Of a stretch of 64,000 nucleotides of DNA, positions 11,750 to 31,800 are shown piece by piece (positions within the stretch are counted from its first letter, which is position 1; each line of letters opens with the position of its first letter). A program made the translations under genes and the position numbers. Source of the DNA: Paraspadella gotoi (lineage: Eukaryota > Animalia > Chaetognatha). The stretch covers positions 11,791,553 through 11,855,552 of the forward strand of contig CM119267.1 of NCBI GenBank assembly GCA_051294375.1, given 5' to 3'. The notes under the pieces were generated by a model that saw only the letters and a list, made by a program, of their open reading frames with translations, was not told the origin of the DNA and did not search any database.

Positions 11750-14700
11750 TTTTTTCCAATCTCTCTTCAATCCTTCCTTTCATCATGATTACCAAGCTCA
11801 TGCCCCAGTGCCACTGTGCCCCGCTTCCCCCAATTTTTTCACGAAACCGCGTCTCTCTGCAGATTACGAGTCACTGTTTCGGTCTAACGAGGAAAAACGA
11901 CCCAACACCACCGTCATCTGGAGAATGAAAGAGGAGAATGCCGAGGAACAAACCTTCATCTGCAGGTCCGCGCTTATAAAGTCACCTCTTTGTGAAATAC
12001 ATAATAATTACGTGTGGACGCAACAAGTTTCAGAGTAAATAAAATGATATGTATTCCGAAAGACTCGTGGGAAACGTTTTAATTTTTTTACGGCATAAAT
12101 TAATTTGGCTTTCGGGAAAAAAATTTAAACGTATATTTGAAATTTTTTTGTCAATTTCGTTCAATTTTGTTCTTTCCGTTTTTTTTTTTCATACTTTAAG
12201 TTCCAATTCATTCATTTTATGTCTTGATTTCCACATTAATTCATTCGTTTATTCAGCGAGATAGTGGTGGACGAGGATCGTTCCAAGTCCAAAGGCAGCG
12301 CGTCGTCCAAAAATCAGGTCCTCAGACCCGAATACGTCAAGTGCGTCAACATTCTCCTCGAGTGAGTGAACGTCGTTGTCGTCGTCTTCATCGGTGTCGT
12401 CGTCATCGTCCCCGCCGTTTTCGGCATCGAATTATTTTGAAATTTAGAGTCTTAATCTTGAATATATTTAAAGAAATATTCCATCCTTTTTTAACGCTCG
12501 TCACACAGTTCCGACGATGGCCTCAAGTTGCTCAAATCCCAATATTTGCTCAAAAACTCACCGCTTCCGCCTAAACTTCTCGCGCTGGCCGACGAAAAAG
12601 AAGCAGCTCCTTCTCTTCACCCTCCTGCTCCGCCGCAGCCTGCACCGTCGGCGCTGCCGGAGACGGCGATTTTTGCGCCGAAACTGGAACCGCAAGACGC
12701 CGACTCCAGCCGCGGCACTTCCGTTTTGGCGTCGCCGACCGTTTCCACGTTGGAGGCGCCGGTGATGATAAAGACGGAACCAGAGTCGGACTTTGCGCCG
12801 GAAAAGAGTCAATTGGCGCTACTGCTCATGAGCTGCCAGACTTCCGGCGCCGTGACCGAGACGACTCGGGCACCGAGTTACCCGTCCCCGACGGCGCCGC
12901 GGGCGGCGCCGCGAGTCGGCGATCCATTTATTAACGCCGGGTTCGATAACGTTGTCGCCGGCGCTCTTCCGACTCTTCCCGAGGCATCTTCGGCTTCGCC
13001 GTCTCTGCCGCGAGAACGCAGAGCGTCGTTAGAAACGGCGGCGCACATCAACATGCCAGCGGCGCCCAGTGGCGCTAGAACCGATGAAGAGCCGGGCAAT
13101 GGAAGGTCGTCAAACGGAAACTCCCTCGTCCTTGAGCTTTTACAGGAGCCACCCGATCACCGAGAGCGTCAAATCAAACAGGCGTCTTCCTTCGTCGCCA
13201 CCAACTCTTTCGCCGGACCGACGTCGTCAGGGGCTGCTACGCCGACAGAAGCCACGTTCTCGCCATTTAAGTGAGCCTTTAAAGTAGTCCGTTTATCACA
13301 TTTTTTTCTATAGCAAAGTAGATTAATAACATATTAATAACACTTCATAAATTAAAAATGTCTTCACTCTCTTCAGTTTTACCCCATGAATCGCATACAT
13401 CGTAAAATTCCGCCGCGGCCTTATACTTAGCTCTTGAGCAAACCATCTTAAAAATACCGTGTATCGGATTTCTTACAGAAAATTGGCTTTAGTTTCCCGC
13501 GCATCATGTGGCCAAAACGAAATGGAGCCTCTTCGCAAACGGAAAATTGGATTCGCTTCGGCCTTTCAACACCTTTCCTCTTTTCCCTTTTGTTTTCTCT
13601 TTCTTTGCCTTTGGATTTGTTCTCTTTTTTTTTCCTTCCAACTTGTAACAAAGCCGAGATAAGAGAGCCAGACTTATCGCCTGTGCCAGCAAAAAGCGTC
13701 AACTTCCCCGAAGGGAGAAAAAAAATGGCGCGAGATAAGATAACGCGAAAGCGCACTTTGGATTTATTTTTATTTTTTTGCCCCTATCTTTAAGGATATT
13801 GTATATTAATTTCTGTAATACAGAGACAAAGAAATTTCAGATAATCGAAAGTTGCTCTAGGTTCCCTGATCATCTCCCTTATCTCTGCATTTATTACCAA
13901 TTAAAAAATTGATAATTTAATAATACCTAGGTTATGAGCGCAAAAGAAAACATAAATATTTACCTCCGACCTTTATTTCTTTTTAATTTTTACTGGAGGC
14001 GACGGCTTTCGCCCTTGGCGCCAAACGGTCAAACAACCAATTCCCCGACGTCTTTGGCGGCGACCGCTTCGGATCGAGGGCGCGGTCGAATCGGCGCCGC
14101 TTCATCCTCTGAGGTCGGTACGGGAAGAGGCCGTGGTCGCGGACGCGCGAAGAAACTCAACGCTGTTAATCCAGGTTAATTTTTGTCGATATGCTTTTAC
14201 AGTTTTAGTCATGGATAATAACCTATAATCCTGTAACCTACCCTATAACCTATATTAACCCTATAATCCACATCTCATTTTTTTCTGCTTGGATTTAACA
14301 ATATAATTATTTTTTACTAATAATGGAGGGTTGTGAGTACCTAAGCTTATCTCATCATTTATTCTAGAATAATTTAATTTTTTTTTTTAATTTACTGTTC
14401 GGTTCTTTATTTCTCTGATATTTTATCCACTTCTCCCATTAATAACCGGTTATGAGAAACCTGAAGAGTCAAGCATTCGCTGTCAAGTCGTTGATGAGCC
14501 GGTCTTTGAGGTTGGCGATCAAATTTTGAGCTATGATTTCTGGGGTCATCCATTAAAAATACATGCATAAGCTGGCCCCCAGCCAATGTTGAGCTTGTTG
14601 ACTCGATGAATCAAGTAAATGGTGACAATTCTAAAACCGCCGCTATAATATATAGTATAAATATATATACCGCTAGAGTATAAAAAAGCTGCCATTTGCA

Positions 14701-17700
14701 GACCCATAAAGATTTTTGAAATGTCAAATATGAATTTAAAAGTAAAAACCAAAACTATTTATGTATGCAAATTTCATATTAATCGACCTTGATATGCCTC
14801 AGCAATGATAGCTGAAAGATATATTTGAAAATTGTCTCTGATTTTTAAACTCACTGTTTTTAGATTCAATTTTTTTCTCTTACTCTTTTTTCTCTTACTC
14901 TTTCTCTGACTCTGATTTTTCTCTCTTACAGTAAGTTTTTTGAAAAAAAATTAAATAAAATAATATTAATATTAATATCTTCAGAAAAGCCCTTGCAAAT
15001 CTGAAGAGAATAACGTACTTACAAGTATTGTAATATAAAATTTAACTGGCTTTGCTTTCATAAGTATATCATTCTCTTCACATTTTTAAGGGCTTTCAGA
15101 GGATATTAATATTAATAATATCTTAATAAATGCTTTTACAAGGCACATTCCCATACTAATGTTTTTTGACATAGCAAAACTAGATACAATCCAAAAGATA
15201 AAAAAATCCTTAACGATTCTTCTGCTATAAAAAATAAAACAATTTTGTAAAACAATTGTGCATAGGGGAGGATCAATTAAGTGGGTAAGATTCAAGTCCG
15301 AACTCTGTAAATGATTTTAATATTTTTTACTTAAATAACTTTTAAAATCAATAACATAACCACTGGTTTTTAAATGGCAGCGTTTTTTTACCGGCGTTTT
15401 AGATGTAGATTGTTAAATCTTTCTCTATCCTAGATTAATAGCGATGAACCATGCTGATTCGCCATCGACAACTTTGTTCCAGATGTTACAATGGGCTTTT
15501 GATTGTGGCCCGCCTGTAAAAACTTTTTTCTCGAGTTATTAATAATAAGGTTGGTTATTGACCGGGTTAACTAGTGTCTGGTGAAAACTCTTCTACACAA
15601 ACCAGTTAAACTTTTTAGATTTGGTACATCCTTAGCAGCTAAAGACTAAAGTAAAGGAGACACAAGGCAAAAATACTCTTTACAGAATCTTTGTTAAAAA
15701 AATTTTATGTTTAAATTCCATTACATTCCATTTAAATTAGAAATGTTGAGGAGATTTAGAAGGAAGACAAAATATCAAAATATTTTTAAATTAAAAATCC
15801 GCTGGGCGTGAACCTTAAATTTCAATTAATTAATCTTTGGTAGTTTATTGCTTTTGATGATCGCTAATGTTTCTAATAATTTAATTAAAATGTTTATCCA
15901 GCGACCGAATTGGAAGGCGGACCTTCGCAGATGAACCTCCTCCTCCCCGTGCCGGTTCCAGGACAAAGGGACGGGCAGAACATCAACGAAGCCATTCAGA
16001 ATACCCTGCGGATCCAGTTGAAAGAAAAGCACGCGTTACTCACGCACAACATCGCCAAGCAGAAAGAGGAGTTGGCGAGTCTGCAAGTAAGCTCTTTCGA
16101 TGTCGATCGATCGTGCCAGCTTGACATATTGTGTCATTTTCAAGACATTTCACGACTCAGGAGCAACTAAATATCGTCGAAACAGAGCAGGCTTGCTCGC
16201 GAAGCTATCAGGAGGCGATTGACAAATTGTCTCAACTTCAGGTTTTTAACTTTATGGAAAATGACTGAGATAATAATTAAAGTCAAAGGTTGAATGACCT
16301 CTTCCCTTCGATCGTTGAAACTTGTGCACCACCTCTACAGGCGAAGCAACGGAGCCACGAGGAGCATCTGACGAAACTGAAGGCGGAGCATCAGGAGCAG
16401 CAGCGGAAGCTGGCGGTCGCGGTCGTTCATCCTCATTCTCATCTTCAACGTATGTGACAAATACGTTAGTCTTTTCTTACAAAGTCAATCATACTCTCTC
16501 TCTCTCTCGCTCTCTGTTTCTGTCTCTGTCTCTCTCTCTCTCCATATCCCTCTCTCTCTCTCTCTCTCCACTCTTCTCAAGACCCGGCGCCGGGCCTGAT
16601 CGACCCATCCACCACGACGAGGCTTTCTATGGTCGATCCTCTCTCCACGACGCCGGAAGCCCCTTCCGTCTTGACGCCGTCGACGTCCTCCGCGTTGCCT
16701 TTCCCGGAAACCAAGAAAGCGTCAAAAAAGCGAACCGCTTCTTCGCCGAAGGCGTCCAAGGCGCCGGCGCCAACTCGTGCATGCAATCCGGGGGCCGAAG
16801 ATGAAAAGGCTAAGCAGACCCCGGAGTTTTCTCCGTCGGTCGCATTGGCCATCGGAGATCCATTCGAATCGGCCGATGCGTCGCGTGTTGAGCTTCAACT
16901 TTCTCCCGGCGTCCCAACGGCGGCGTCGCCAGGCTGCGGCGACTTCCAACGCGGCGATTTCTTCTCTCGCCCCCCGTTCGTCTCGCCCGACGACGCCAAG
17001 GGAAATCCGCGGCAGAGCGAGATGTTCATCCACCGAGCGCTAGCACCGCCGCCGCATCATATGCGGCTCCCAGAAAGGCCTCCGCAACCCCCACACCCTC
17101 AACAGCACCAACTGCCGCTGCAACATCACCTTCCCCAGCCTCGCATCCGCCTCCAGGATTACTCCTTTCACAATCGATTCTTTAGTCAACGAGCGTCTTC
17201 GACGCCGCGCGTTCGGACGCCGACTCCGCTCGAGCCGCAGCAACTAGTTATCGAGGGGCCGTCAAACGCTGCTCCCGCTCACGCCTATGCGCCTGGCCTC
17301 ACATCCCACGCGCAGACAAAACCTCTCCCGATCGCCCCGAGGCTGCCCCCCGCCTACGCCGGAACAACTCAGCAGAATTCTTTCTGTGATGAAATCCAAA
17401 CGCAGCCAGTCAACCCGGCCTTTGCGAATCAGCGACCGAGACACGACCAATCATATCATCCTCTTCACTTTCATAACAATCAGTATCGTCAATATCATCA
17501 TCACCATTCTCCGACGGAAAACTTTAACGCCGGCGGCTTTAATCTGCAACCACAACAACAACAACAGAAGCAGACCTGCTTTTTTCCGCAGCCGCCTGGA
17601 GATTTGGCGCCGCAGCAGATCCATCAATACACGGGCGCCCAACGCGTCTCGTCTGCTGCTCAAGAAGCCGGTTCTTCGCTGCCTATGCAGCCCAGAGGGC

Positions 17701-18344
17701 AATCTCAACCTCCTCAACAGCAACAGCACTACCACCAACAACATCAGCGGACGGAATCCGTATTAGTCAACTCTGGCGAAAAACCCAACAATTTGACGGA
17801 ATCCCAGGCTAATTCGTCCTCCCACCACCCGGCCCAAGTTAAGAATGTCGCCAATTTCGCCGATCCCGCCGCTCATTTTTTCAATCCCACGGGCCCTTCC
17901 GGCCCCGCAGGCCACCCCGCCGCCGTCGGATCAACGGAGAGCTTAGACTCCAGAGTACCGAACGGCGGCGCCTCCAATGATCGGAATCCTAGTAACCAAC
18001 AACGCCATTCTCAACGCACACGCGAACGGAGTAGAAACGATCACTTAATCAACAACAACAACAATCAATGTTCTCCTTCACACTTTGGGTTCCCTTCTTC
18101 CTCGTCCTCTTCGTCGTCGTCTTCGTCGGCGTCGTCATCCTCCGGAGGGGCTCTGTCGAATCCCTTGTCATCGGCGTCGATGTCCTCGATGAACTTGGAG
18201 CCGACGCTCGAGGGCGTCGAGGGGCTGGACGGCGAGGAGGGAGGGCTCTTCGCCGACCTGCTGGGCGAGGCCCCGGAAAGCATGGAGACGGAGCCTTTCA
18301 CCGACCTCGATTGGGACATGGCCTTTGATCTCTTGTCTTCGTGA
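5752..18344 (+). CDS. Multi-exon PAS-A/PAS-B/PAC protein of the bHLH-PAS family with a CLOCK exon-19-like coiled coil, long P/Q/S-rich region and acidic C-terminus; basic-HLH not recognisable
   Basis: Spliced exons give PAS-A (SLEGFLAIVTITGKLLYISESVQSLLGLRQ ~6596-6685; LDNMGHSFLKVIHPDDHESV ~7039-7152), PAS-B (TGYLPQ|EFSGQPFEEFVHLED ~10949-11231), PAC (RPEYVKCVNILL ~12257-12360) and a coiled coil LRIQLKEKHALLTHNIAKQKEELASLQ|EQLNIV (15902-16241). Last exon 16582-18344. About 17 exons with consistent phases; the start codon is uncertain. Confidence 0.8.
6890..7007. mobile_element. ~115-bp dispersed repeat (Helentron/HINE-like), copy 1
   Basis: Near-identical to 27398-27506, 27595-27710 and the reverse complement of 35291-35408. 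Terminal hairpin ATTGGT-aca-ACCAAT and internal tatc(c/t)tg/caagata inverted pair. Confidence 0.75.
8717..8990 (+). mobile_element. tRNA(Gly-CCC-like)-derived SINE, copy 1
   Basis: tRNA-like head gtggcca-ttggtgccggaggc...ttcgcctcccatcc...ggggtttgagcc-tggtggccac with A/B-box-like motifs. A second copy lies inverted at 11402-11583. Confidence 0.65.
9662..9992. mobile_element. Probable solo LTR
   Basis: 331-bp GC-richer block with TGTAC...GTACA near-terminal inverted repeat, flanked by ATAT on both sides (9658-61 and 9993-96). The left end is imperfect. Confidence 0.45.
11402..11583 (-). mobile_element. tRNA-derived SINE, copy 2 (inverted relative to copy 1)
   Basis: Reverse complement aligns with 8717-8990, lacking ~90 bp of the internal segment. 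Confidence 0.7.
14542..15415. mobile_element. Degenerate MITE-like inverted-repeat remnant
   Basis: tctaaaaccgccg and aaaagctgccattt (14631-14698) are mirrored by aaatggcagcgtttt and ccggcgttttaga (15372-15403). GGGGTCATCCATTAA at 14542 resembles Harbinger-type TIRs. Confidence 0.3.
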
Positions 18345-18786
18345 CGACCGTGTCATTTCATTTCAACAACCGAGAGAAGATAAAAAGAAATGACTTTAAA
18401 AAAAAAATTATGAATCGAAATAGGTGAAAATAAGTAGAATTTACACAAAAAAACAACAAAAAAAAACATAATAAACAAATATATAGTTTATTTGGTTTGG
18501 TTATGATAATGCCAAGATCGTTTTTGAATATGTTTATATTAAACATGAATCGTGATTCTTAAAAATTCTTCAGCGTAATTTCGAGCTCAAGCTATCAAAT
18601 TGGTACAACCAATACAAAATTATCCAATATCAATTCATTCAATTTGATTTACTATTATTTGTCAACCGGCAATCAAAAAGAATAACTTGTCGGGTTGATG
18701 ATTATAATACTTCATTAACGCACACTAAAAGAAATTAAACACTACGGACAGAAATGAATTATTTTCTAGGCGTGTTGTTTGGGTTC

Positions 18787-27027
<8,241 letters not shown>

Positions 27028-27276
27028 TTTAAGAGACTTATGATTTGGATTAATTTATATTTTTGAAAATTATTATTATATTAATGCTTCCGATTACATT
27101 GTTTGCCATTCAGGATCATTCCAACGGGTTTGGCTTTGTCTTTTTTTTTAATTTCATTTTCGCACAACTAAAATTAAGCGATCGTTCAATTATCTTTTTT
27201 TTTTCATTTTATCATTTTATCTGTCCCAAGAATTGGGCCATATCTCGTTAAATCTTTTATTTCCGTCGGAAACAGA

Positions 27277-27290
27277 GTTTCCATGGTAGC
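27277..27290. promoter_or_regulatory. RFX X-box upstream of LRRC9
   Basis: GTTTCCATGGTAGC (reverse complement GCTACCATGGAAAC) fits the X-box consensus and lies 250 bp upstream of the LRRC9 ATG. Confidence 0.65.
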
Positions 27291-27397
27291 AGATAAACGC
27301 TCTTTTGTTTAATGTTTTTCGATGAATCCGTAATAAAATCGGAAGCAGAGTTGTCGCGGGTCGAGCAAACAAAATTTGGATTTCTGTCATTTATAAA

Positions 27398-27948
27398 ATG
27401 AAATTGGTACAACCAATATAAAAATTATCCATTCATTTAATAAATAAGCTATCTTGCCCCTGACTTTGGACAGGCTTTGGTGGTTTAAGGCCTCCATCAC
27501 TCTTACTGCTATAAATTATAATTGAGTGGGATAACGAATTAGAAAGGACATGGTGCAGGTTTTTAAATTTTTTAATACTACAGTCTATATATATATGAAA
27601 TTGGTACAACCAATATAAAAATTATTCATTCATTTAATAAATAAGCTATCTTCCCCTGACTTTGGACAGGCTTTGGTGGTTTAAGGCCTCCATCACTCTT
27701 ACAAGATAATAACATAGCAGGTCCCTGCAAGCTTTCAATCAAGACTCCCTCACCGTCGAGTTTATTCCCCAAAGTACCTGGCTTCCCTATCAATGAAGTG
27801 TTATAATATTTAAAAAAAATGTTTCAATTGTATGAAAAGACCACTCCATTAAGTATTAGATCGGGGAATACTTTATTGTACTCCGCCCAGCATCAAAATA
27901 CAAGGAGCTGAATTTTTATGAAATTGGTACAACCAATATAAAAATTAT
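27398..27948. mobile_element. Cluster of the ~115-bp HINE-like repeat: two near-full copies (27398-27506, 27595-27710) and one partial (27918-27948)
   Basis: Direct sequence identity with 6890-7007. Confidence 0.8.
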
Positions 27949-28162
27949 ATTTATATATTATTATTAATTTTATTTATTTTTAATTTAAAGTTATTCAAGT
28001 TATTGAATGAAATATTTTTAATGGTCGTTTCAGCCATGAGAGACCAAATAAAATATAAAATATGTATTAATTTAAAAGAATACTAATAATATTAATAATA
28101 ATTATAATAATAAAAAAATTCGATTTAAAGTTAAAATCTTAAATCTTCACGATAAACCCCCT

Positions 28163-28252
28163 CCAATCAAAATCGCAAGCGCAAATTCTTTGGCCAATCA
28201 CCATTCATTCCTTCGAGAGACCCTAGCAACCAAAATCATTTTACATGGCAAC
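28163..28252 (+). promoter_or_regulatory. Candidate CEP164 promoter: two CCAAT boxes and two X-box half sites
   Basis: CCAATCA at ~28163 and ~28194; CCTAGCAAC (28222-30) and CATGGCAAC (28244-52). Confidence 0.5.
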
Positions 28253-28870
28253 GCATCGATTTTTCGCAAATTCCGATGTAAAAAAAGTTTTTAAAATGAC
28301 TTTTCGTTTTTTGAATTATTTTCGCAATTCGCGCCAATTTTTTGTGCACATTATCTTTCTCATAAATAATATACATAAGTATTCACAATAGACAATTGTA
28401 ATTGTCAAGCTATTAAAAAATTTCAGCTCTCCATCGCCATCGAATGCTATTCTGTTATAAAAGGAAAGTTTTAGTAAAACTTTTACGGTCGTCTACCCGT
28501 CGACTCCTCGCCCAAGTCCGAAGGTCGAGACGTAACTCCACTCGAACCTAACTTCGACTTCGCTTTATCGCTTTCCCGTCGAAAAAAATCATAGAATCAA
28601 GTTGTTCATGACATACTCGGTCTCTTTTCTCGCATTTCTAGTACTCTCGGCGATAGTGTTTCGCATCGACGTCGTTTAAAAAAATTCGAGTTTTCCCCCC
28701 TTATTTCATCCGTATACCCATTTTCATGCATTAGCTCATTTCGTTTTCAGCTTTCAAGATGGCATTTTGAAAATTTAACTTTGATCCTCTAATTAACTAC
28801 CAACTCTGATCCACGGGAGAGAGTCAAAATGTAAACGGCGCCCAAACAGACTGAAAACTTCGTTGCGACG

Positions 28871-31800
28871 ATGATGGTCCAGGACCAATTGGTTTTTGAG
28901 GAAGAATTCGACGAGAATCACGCTTTCACGGACGAGGAGGTCATCGAATACGCAATCACAATTGGCATCGACCCCGAGAATGTGAGTGGCCATAATGTTA
29001 CTAAAGCATAATGTTAGTAAAGGGCGGTCATGTTTGTATTTTTAAAAACACTATTATTAAGAGTTAACTGAAGGTATAAAAAAGAATACAAATCCTTTCT
29101 TATTTCAGTGTAAAAATTAGATTCGGTAAGAAAAATTTAAGATGCATACTAGGCCTTAGCAAATTTTTAAAACTTTTTTACAGAATTTAGCACTATAGTA
29201 CAAATTAGTCCCCTATATGCTACTAATTTTTTTCTATCTTTGTTTTTTGAAAAATTGATCAATAAGTGCTTGCCACTCTTCAAAATTTGCACACAAAAAA
29301 CGGGTTTTTTTTCACTAAAAATGATAGATATCTTATAAAATATCAGTCGGAATCAAATTTAACCTGCTTCAACTTGAAGAGCAAACAAAATACTTCATTT
29401 TTCAAACTTAATTTTTAAAAATCCAAAAATACTTTTCCAAATATTGATGTTTAAAAAACCGAATTCTCGGCATTTTTAAGTTACATTTTTTATTTTCCCT
29501 TTATTACTTTGAAAATAATGTAAAATAATGTATAAAACAGACTATATCCTCTAGAGTAAACTTTGGGCTTTCTATTGGCATAAATAGGTATTAGTTTTTT
29601 AATTGTATTCAGGAGCTATAAATTGTTAAATCTTTTAAAAAAAATTTATATATCTATCATTATCTACAAAACATAAGCTTCAATTTGAGACTTCTCCCAA
29701 CTTTTTACGATTTTTTATTATTGAATTAAATTTTAAAAAAAGATATTAATCAATTAGTATTTTCAAACGGATTATTTTTTAAAAATAAAGATACAAAAAT
29801 GCAGTTCTACTTATAAGATTTAACAATTCACAGCTCCTGAACACAATTAAAAAACTAATACCTATTTATGCCAATAGAAAGCCCAAAGTTTACTCTCGAG
29901 AATATAGTCTGTTTTATACATTATTTTACATTATTTTTAAAGTTATAAAAGGAAAATAAAAAAAATGCCGAGAATTCGGTTTTTTAAACATCAATAATTG
30001 GAAAAGTATTTTTGAATTTTTAAAAATTAAGTAGATAAAATGAAGTATTTTGTCCACTCTTTAAGTTGACGCAGGTTAAATTTGATTCCGACTAATATTT
30101 TATAAGATATCTATCTTTTTAGAGAAAAAAAGTTTTTTTTTCAAATTTTGAAGAGTTGCAAGCACTTTTTGATTATTTTTTTAAAAAACAAATATATAAA
30201 AAAATTAGTAGCGTATAGGGAACTAATTTGTACTATAGTGCGAAATTCTGTAAAAAATTTGCTAAGGCCTAATACATACTGACTCGTTGTAAACCACTAG
30301 CAATTTTTGTTGGATTTGAATTTTGTTATTTCAGTGACTGACATTTTTAAGCTTTACTCACGGGCGGTAGGATTTTTTATCGACCTTTCAAGCGTTAAAT
30401 GACAATTTTCCAGGTTTTAAAATAATGTCAACCTTATCTCAGGAGTCAGTTTACAGATCGACATGATCCCTCCGAATATTTTTTTAAATCCGTTTTATAT
30501 CTATCGCAGACAACCATGATAAGCTTTCATTTATAGTCTTACGGTCGATAAACTTCAATCACATCAATAAATAAATGATTACATCGATAAAAAAAATTTG
30601 TTGGCACGGTGAACGGTTTATCACCCGTGGGTGTAGTAAGACGTCATTCCTAGAGCATCGCACTCTTCTTTTTTTTATCTATCCAGGAACCTGAACTTCT
30701 ATTTATCGCAAGAGAAGGTGTGGCCACACCACTGCCTAAGGATTGGAAGCCCTGTCAAGATCCCAGTCAAGAAGACGTTTTTTACTATTTCAACTTTAAA
30801 ACTGGAGAGTCAATCTGGGATCATCCATGCGATCAATATTACAAGTTAGAAAAAATGATCCAACTCTCACCATTTCGAGTTAAAGATGATTGAAACGTAT
30901 TAAAAAATATCAGATCTTTTTTTATATTTTTAAATACAAATAAAATTTTTATTCAATAAGTAAAAAAAAAAAAAACAATTAAATTTCCAGAAACATGGTT
31001 CGAGAAGAAAGAGAAAAAAGAAAGGCAACATCGAAGGAGAAAAAGGAAGGTGGAAAGAAAGAAGGAAAGAAGTCGAGCGGCAAAGATGGAAAGAAAGGAA
31101 AAAAGAAAGGATCGGGTGAGGAGGCCAATGGAGGAGGAACCGGTGGAGGTAGCGTCATCTCTTCTCTACCTCCTCCGACTTTTGCCCCCGGCTTAGGCTC
31201 CCCAACGAATCTCGGTCCCTTAAAGCCGCTAAAGAGTCTCTCGCCGCAACTCTCGCCTTTGGGAAAGGTCGGTCATCGATTTCTGATGTCGCATCTCTTC
31301 TTTATTTTTTTTTGAATTTATGTTCTTTTTCCTTCAGCCTTCGTTCGTCAAAGATCCATTGCAGCGCGACAGTTTGGGAATCGGAAGCGTGCTCGGCAGC
31401 AGCCGAGGCATTGGAAGCTCCGACGCCACCAATCCGCGCAGTGATAGTAGCAGCGGCGAGGGGGATTTGGGCATATTTGGTGGAGAAAAGATCGAGTTGA
31501 TGCAGTCCGAAGACGAAGATGAGAACGAGGAAGAGAGTTTCGATCTCGGCGCTTCCACGACTCGCGACGACGACGTCAACAAACCCTCCATCTCCGATCT
31601 CCAACCCAGGCTAAAATCCGCGCTTTCATCGCCGGGTAATGGTATTGTTTTCTTTTTACCTTCGTGAGAAGTGACATCTTCCTAACCCTTCATGTCTCTC
31701 TTTTTTTTAAAGCTGCCTCCAACGGAAGAATCAAGCCGACCGCCGTAAGATTCAATGTCGATCCTGACTTAAACTCTACGAACAAAAGCATGTTTGAATA

